Source: Candidatus Methylomirabilis sp. (lineage in GTDB: Bacteria; Methylomirabilota; Methylomirabilia; Methylomirabilales; Methylomirabilaceae). Taken from it: DNA of 11,656 bases. Positions within the stretch are counted from its first letter, which is position 1; each line of letters opens with the position of its first letter. Of this stretch, positions 7,734 through 11,656 are shown in pieces. Under the pieces are notes generated by a model. It was given only the letters and a program-made list of their open reading frames with translations, did no database searches and was not told the DNA's origin. Location: positions 1 to 11,656 of the forward strand of contig JBGQJI010000078.1 of assembly GCA_041498975.1 (NCBI GenBank), written 5' to 3'. Made by a program: the position numbers and the translations under genes.

Positions 7734-7840
7734 CCTCATGAGCCTGCGCCACGCCCATGGGCATGAAAGTCCGGTATCCTCCACTCAGGACCCCTCTCCC
7801 CATGTGTGGGAGAGGGTGCGGGTGAGGGGGACTTTCGAGG
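7734..7840. repeat. Distinct 107-bp structured element abutting the palindromic repeat
   Basis: CCTC (7734-7737)/GAGG (7837-7840), GAAAGTCC (7765-7772)/GGACTTTC (7829-7836), CCCTCTCCC (7792-7800)/GGGAGAGGG (7808-7816) followed by GGGTGAGGGG, and palindrome GCCCATGGGC (7753-7762). Confidence 0.7.
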
Positions 7841-7860
7841 CAATGAAGATATAACATTTT

Positions 7861-7893
7861 TTGACACGTATCGTTTGATTCTCAGACGTCTGA
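7861..7893 (+). promoter_or_regulatory. Candidate promoter/operator: TTGACA plus 12-bp palindrome TCAGACGTCTGA
   Basis: TTGACA at 7861-7866 after an AT-rich tract; perfect palindrome at 7882-7893 over the expected -10 position. No consensus -10 hexamer. Confidence 0.4.
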
Positions 7894-7935
7894 TGTGAAT
7901 GGTGGCCGTTGCCTTCTGGCTCAGCGGGAGCGTGA

Positions 7936-9003
7936 ATGAAATCCTCCTGGGCGCTGGTGCTGTGGTTCCTGCTGGTGAGCGCGTCGGCGGCCGCAACAGA
8001 AACTGCGAGAGAGCTCTACGAAGCCGCCTGCGCCTCCTGCCATGCTCGCGATGGCCGAGGGGCGCCGGAGGGCACGAGAATAGAAGTCCCCTTGCCCGAT
8101 TTCACCGACTGCTCGATCGTGACCGCAGAAACCACTGGCAACTGGGTGGCCCTGGCCACAGGAGGCGGCCCGGTGTTGGGGCTCTCAGACCAGATGCCCT
8201 CGTTTGCGGATTCCCTGTCGGAGGAGCAGATCCGTGAAGTGATCGCGTATCTGCGGGGGTTCTGCGCCGATCCGTCCTGGCCGAACGCGGACCTGAATTT
8301 CCGCCGGTCTCTCGTGACCGGCAAAGCGTTTCCGGAAAACGAGGCGGTCTGGACCGTCAGCTTCGAAAAGAGCCGTGAGTCTCGGTCTCTGGTAAATGAG
8401 TTCACTCTTGAGAAGCGGCTTGGTTCCCGCGGAATGGCTGAGGTCACGCTGCCGATCGTCTACAACGACCTTAGAGGGGGGTCAGCGACCGGCGGGGTTG
8501 GCGACCTCACGCTGGCGTATAAACATGTCTTGCTGGCCAGCCAGCAGTATGGCGCCATCGCTGCGTTCTCCCTCGACCTCGTCCTGCCCACCGGCGACCG
8601 CGACCGTGGCCTGGGCGATGGGACCGTGGGTCTGGGACCGTCCCTCCGCGCGGGAAAAACGCTGGGTCCGTTCGTCCTGCAAGGGGAGCTCAAAGCGGTG
8701 CTGCCGGCGGACGTGGATAAGGCCGCTCGGCGGCTCCTGTACCGAGCTGCGCTTCAATTGCCGCTTTCCCCGCTGAAGAGCGGCTGGGTGCCTGCCCTGG
8801 AGTTCGAGGCCGACACCAGGATCGAAGGCCAGACCAGGGACGTCTACTCCCTCGCGCCGATGCTCTACAAGGGACTGTCCAAGCGGGGACACGTCGCCGT
8901 CGCGCTCGGAGCCAAGATCCCGGTGGCCGGGACTCAGACCTTTGACTATCAGATCGGCGCCTTCCTGTTATGGGAATACCTTGACGGCGGGCTGTGGTGG
9001 TGA
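7936..9003 (+). CDS. Secreted monoheme class I cytochrome c fused to a putative outer-membrane beta-barrel domain
   Basis: Signal peptide; LYEAACASCH heme motif (8029-8043); QMPSF distal Met; C-helix LSEEQIREVIAYLR. The C-terminal ~230 aa has alternating amphipathic strands with GGVGDLTLAYK and LVLPTGDRDRGLGDG and an aromatic C-terminus (LLWEYLDGGLWW). Confidence 0.8.
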   Translation: MKSSWALVLWFLLVSASAAATETARELYEAACASCHARDGRGAPEGTRIEVPLPDFTDCSIVTAETTGNWVALATGGGPVLGLSDQMPSFADSLSEEQIREVIAYLRGFCADPSWPNADLNFRRSLVTGKAFPENEAVWTVSFEKSRESRSLVNEFTLEKRLGSRGMAEVTLPIVYNDLRGGSATGGVGDLTLAYKHVLLASQQYGAIAAFSLDLVLPTGDRDRGLGDGTVGLGPSLRAGKTLGPFVLQGELKAVLPADVDKAARRLLYRAALQLPLSPLKSGWVPALEFEADTRIEGQTRDVYSLAPMLYKGLSKRGHVAVALGAKIPVAGTQTFDYQIGAFLLWEYLDGGLWW

Positions 9004-9027
9004 GGATTCCGTTGCCAGGAGCCGACG

Positions 9028-10389
9028 ATGGCACAGCACAAGTTTCTGCTTGACGAAAAGGATCTCCCGACCCGCTGGTACAACATCCAGGCGGACCTGC
9101 CGTTCTCCCTGCCACCGGTGATTCACCCCGGCACGAAACGACCGATCGGTCCCCAGGACCTGGCGCCTATTTTCTCCATGGAGCTGATCAAGCAGGAGGT
9201 GAGTCAGGAGCGCTGGATGGACATCCCAGAGGAGGTGCAGGAGGTCTATAAGCTCTGGCGGCCATCCCCGCTGTACCGGGCCATCCGCCTCGAGCAGGCG
9301 CTCGACACCCCGGCCCGCATCTACTACAAGTGGGAGGGGGTCAGCCCGGCCGGCAGCCACAAGCCGAATAGCGCCGTCGCGCAGGCATTCTTCAACAAGC
9401 GGGAGGGGGTAAGGCGGATCACGACCGAGACGGGAGCCGGGCAGTGGGGTAGCGCCCTGGCGATGAGCTGTAATTTTTTCGGCGTCGACTGCAAGGTCTA
9501 CATGGTCAAGGTCAGCTACGAGCAGAAACCCCACCGTCGCGTGCTGATGGAGAGTTGGGGGGCCACGGTGGTTCCTAGCCCCAGTCGGGAGACCGCTGCC
9601 GGGCGTGCCCTCCTGGCCAAAGACCCTGACTCACCGGGCAGCCTCGGGATCGCGATCAGCGAGGCGGTCGAGGAGGCGGCCGGCAGGGCGGACACCAAGT
9701 ACGCCTTGGGGAGCGTGCTCAACCACGTCCTGCTCCATCAGACGGTGATCGGGTTGGAGACGCAGAAACAGTTCGACCTGACCGGGGACTCCCCGGACAT
9801 TCTCGTCGGGTGCGTCGGCGGTGGGTCGAGCTTCGCGGGCTTCACCTTCCCTTTCCTCCGGGATAAGCTCTCCGGGAAGACTCCCAACCTTCGGGCGATC
9901 GCCGTGGAGCCGATGGCCTGCCCCAGCCTGACGAAGGGCGCCTACGTGTACGATTTCGGCGACTCCGCGGGGACCACTCCGCTTTTGAAGATGTACACAC
10001 TCGGCCATTCGTTCATCCCCGCGCCGATCCACGCCGGTGGCCTCCGGTACCACGGGATGGCGCCCCTGGTCTGCGCCCTCTACGACAACCGAGTGATTGA
10101 AGCCGTGGCCGTTCATCAGCTCCCCACTTTCGAGGCAGCCCTTTTGTTCGCCAGGACCGAGGGCATCCTCTCGGCCCCCGAGCCCGCCCATGGCATCCGC
10201 GTCGTCATCGACGAAGCCCTCAAGTGCAAAGCGTCGGGCGAGCCCAAAGTCATCGGCTTCGTCCTCTGCGGTCACGGCCACTTCGATCTGGGGGCCTACG
10301 ACGCCTACCTGCAGGGGAAGCTGCAGGATTTCGAGTACCCGGACGCGAAGATCCTGGAAGCGTTGGCGGGTCTCCCGAAGGTCGAGTAG
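9028..10389 (+). CDS. trpB2: TrpB-like PLP-dependent enzyme (tryptophan synthase beta chain type 2)
   Basis: 453 aa; [42 protein letters not shown] (PLP lysine), [56 protein letters not shown]. Confidence 0.96.
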   Translation: MAQHKFLLDEKDLPTRWYNIQADLPFSLPPVIHPGTKRPIGPQDLAPIFSMELIKQEVSQERWMDIPEEVQEVYKLWRPSPLYRAIRLEQALDTPARIYYKWEGVSPAGSHKPNSAVAQAFFNKREGVRRITTETGAGQWGSALAMSCNFFGVDCKVYMVKVSYEQKPHRRVLMESWGATVVPSPSRETAAGRALLAKDPDSPGSLGIAISEAVEEAAGRADTKYALGSVLNHVLLHQTVIGLETQKQFDLTGDSPDILVGCVGGGSSFAGFTFPFLRDKLSGKTPNLRAIAVEPMACPSLTKGAYVYDFGDSAGTTPLLKMYTLGHSFIPAPIHAGGLRYHGMAPLVCALYDNRVIEAVAVHQLPTFEAALLFARTEGILSAPEPAHGIRVVIDEALKCKASGEPKVIGFVLCGHGHFDLGAYDAYLQGKLQDFEYPDAKILEALAGLPKVE

Positions 10390-10640
10390 CAGATCACCGC
10401 ATGCGTGGCCACGCAAGCCTGACAGTCTCTTGTCCAAGGTCACCGACCATCTGACCCCAAGCTCTCTTTCCGCCAGCAATCTTCCGGGAACATTTTGAGA
10501 TCCTCTGTTGTCTAAGATAGTGTGTGGATCGCTGGCGCTTCTCTTGGTATTCTCCGGTCTGAGGTGTGCTCAGTCGGCCCGGAATGTAAGGTTGAGCGCC
10601 AGGGCGGTGGGTGTCTGGCGGAATCCGATAAGGGAGAAGA

Positions 10641-11656
10641 ATGATGAATCGTTTGGTTTGTCTGATCAGTGCAGCCTTGCTGGTGTCTGTCATTCCTGTC
10701 GCCCGGGCTGAAGGCCCAACTAGTGACGCTCTCCCGAGGGCAGCGCCGCAACCCGTGTTGCCACTCTCCGAGGTCGTGCTGTATTCCAGTGGTGTGGGCT
10801 ACTTCCAGCGCGACGGCTCGATCGATGGCAAGGGCGATGTGGAGCTGAGGTTCAAGGCGGACAACATCAACGATCTGCTCAAGAGCATGATCGTTCAGGA
10901 TTTCGACGGTGGGAAAGTGTCGGCCGTGACGTATGATTCCCGAGACCCGGTGACCAAGACGCTCAAGAGCTTCGCGGTGGACCTGACCACGAACCCCGGT
11001 CTGGGCCAACTGCTGGAGCAGATCCGCGGCGAGCGGATCGAAATCGCGGCCCCGAATCCCGTTCATGGCGTGATCGTGGGCGTTGAGAAGAAACGAGAAA
11101 AGGTGGGCGATAAGGAAGTCGTAGAGGTTGAGTACCTGAATATCCTGACCACGGATGGCCTCCGGTCACTCCCCTTGAACCAAGTCCAGCGCATCCAGCT
11201 CGCCAATGCACAACTCAATGCCGAGCTGCGGCAGGCCCTCGAGGTATTGGCGTCGAGCCACGACCTGCAGAAAAAGACCGTGAAACTGGAGTTCGATGGC
11301 AAAGGCCGCCGTCGCGTCAGGGTCGCGTACATCGTCGAGACGCCCGTCTGGAAGACCAGCTATCGCCTTGCCCTCTCGGAGACGAAGCAGCCATTCCTGC
11401 AGGGGTGGGCAATTGTCGAGAACACCACGGATGAGGACTGGGAAAACGTGAGCTTATCGCTGATATCAGGCCGGCCGATCTCATTCAGGATGGACCTGTA
11501 CGAGCCGCTCTACGTGAAACGACCTGTCGTCGTCTCCGACCTGTATGAGTCGCTGCGGCCGCAGGTATATGAACAAGCGATGGAGGACGCGCGTGAGAAA
11601 CCCAGGGAGGTCGAGGCGCTCGGAGCGTTCGGCGGTTCGCAGCGATTGCTTGCGAA
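10641..11656 (+). CDS. Secreted DUF4139-like protein, 5' part (runs off the window end)
   Basis: Hand translation from ATG 10641 (SD AGGGAG): MMNRLVCLISAALLVSVIPVARAE...LPLSEVVLYSSGVGYFQRDG...INDLLKSMIVQDFDGG...VAYIVETPVWKTSYRL...FLQGWAIVENTTDEDWENVSLSLISGRPISFRMDLYEPLYVKRP. No in-frame stop seen, so it is not in the ORF track. Confidence 0.85.
   Translation, partial: MMNRLVCLISAALLVSVIPVARAEGPTSDALPRAAPQPVLPLSEVVLYSSGVGYFQRDGSIDGKGDVELRFKADNINDLLKSMIVQDFDGGKVSAVTYDSRDPVTKTLKSFAVDLTTNPGLGQLLEQIRGERIEIAAPNPVHGVIVGVEKKREKVGDKEVVEVEYLNILTTDGLRSLPLNQVQRIQLANAQLNAELRQALEVLASSHDLQKKTVKLEFDGKGRRRVRVAYIVETPVWKTSYRLALSETKQPFLQGWAIVENTTDEDWENVSLSLISGRPISFRMDLYEPLYVKRPVVVSDLYESLRPQVYEQAMEDAREKPREVEALGAFGGSQRLLA

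Noticed and set aside
6023..7840. Palindromic repeats as a CRISPR array or autonomous IS
   Set aside because: No regular repeat-spacer periodicity, no cas or transposase gene, and the copies are dispersed and diverged.
7576..7996. Minus-strand ORFs of 93 and 86 aa
   Set aside because: They are translations of the palindromic elements (RLLRSLRSLAMT, PHPHPLPHMGRG), not credible proteins.
10402..10415. Perfect palindrome TGCGTGGCCACGCA after trpB2 as a terminator
   Set aside because: No U-tract follows, so an intrinsic terminator is not supported; function unassigned.

Overview
GC-rich bacterial chromosomal window, probably from a diderm (signal peptides, c-type cytochrome, likely outer-membrane barrel). 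Left to right: (i) a poorly coding 0.8 kb stretch; (ii) an isolated leftward rfbC/rmlC preceded by a frameshifted gene remnant and a good sigma70-like promoter; (iii) a rightward secreted YVTN beta-propeller (PQQ-catabolism-associated/PedA1-like pattern) followed by a complete five-gene Liv/HAAT-type ABC importer; (iv) a secreted monoheme cytochrome c apparently fused to a small beta-barrel; (v) a stand-alone TrpB2; (vi) the 5' part of a secreted DUF4139-like gene that is absent from the ORF track because it runs off the window. Intergenic spaces carry two copies and one remnant of a GTCATTGCG...CGCAATGAC palindromic element, one of them joined to a second structured element. The best candidates for undescribed biology are the cytochrome c/beta-barrel fusion and the propeller-plus-HAAT operon. 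No rRNA, tRNA, CRISPR array or transposase was recognised. All family calls are by-eye motif recognition, not database searches.
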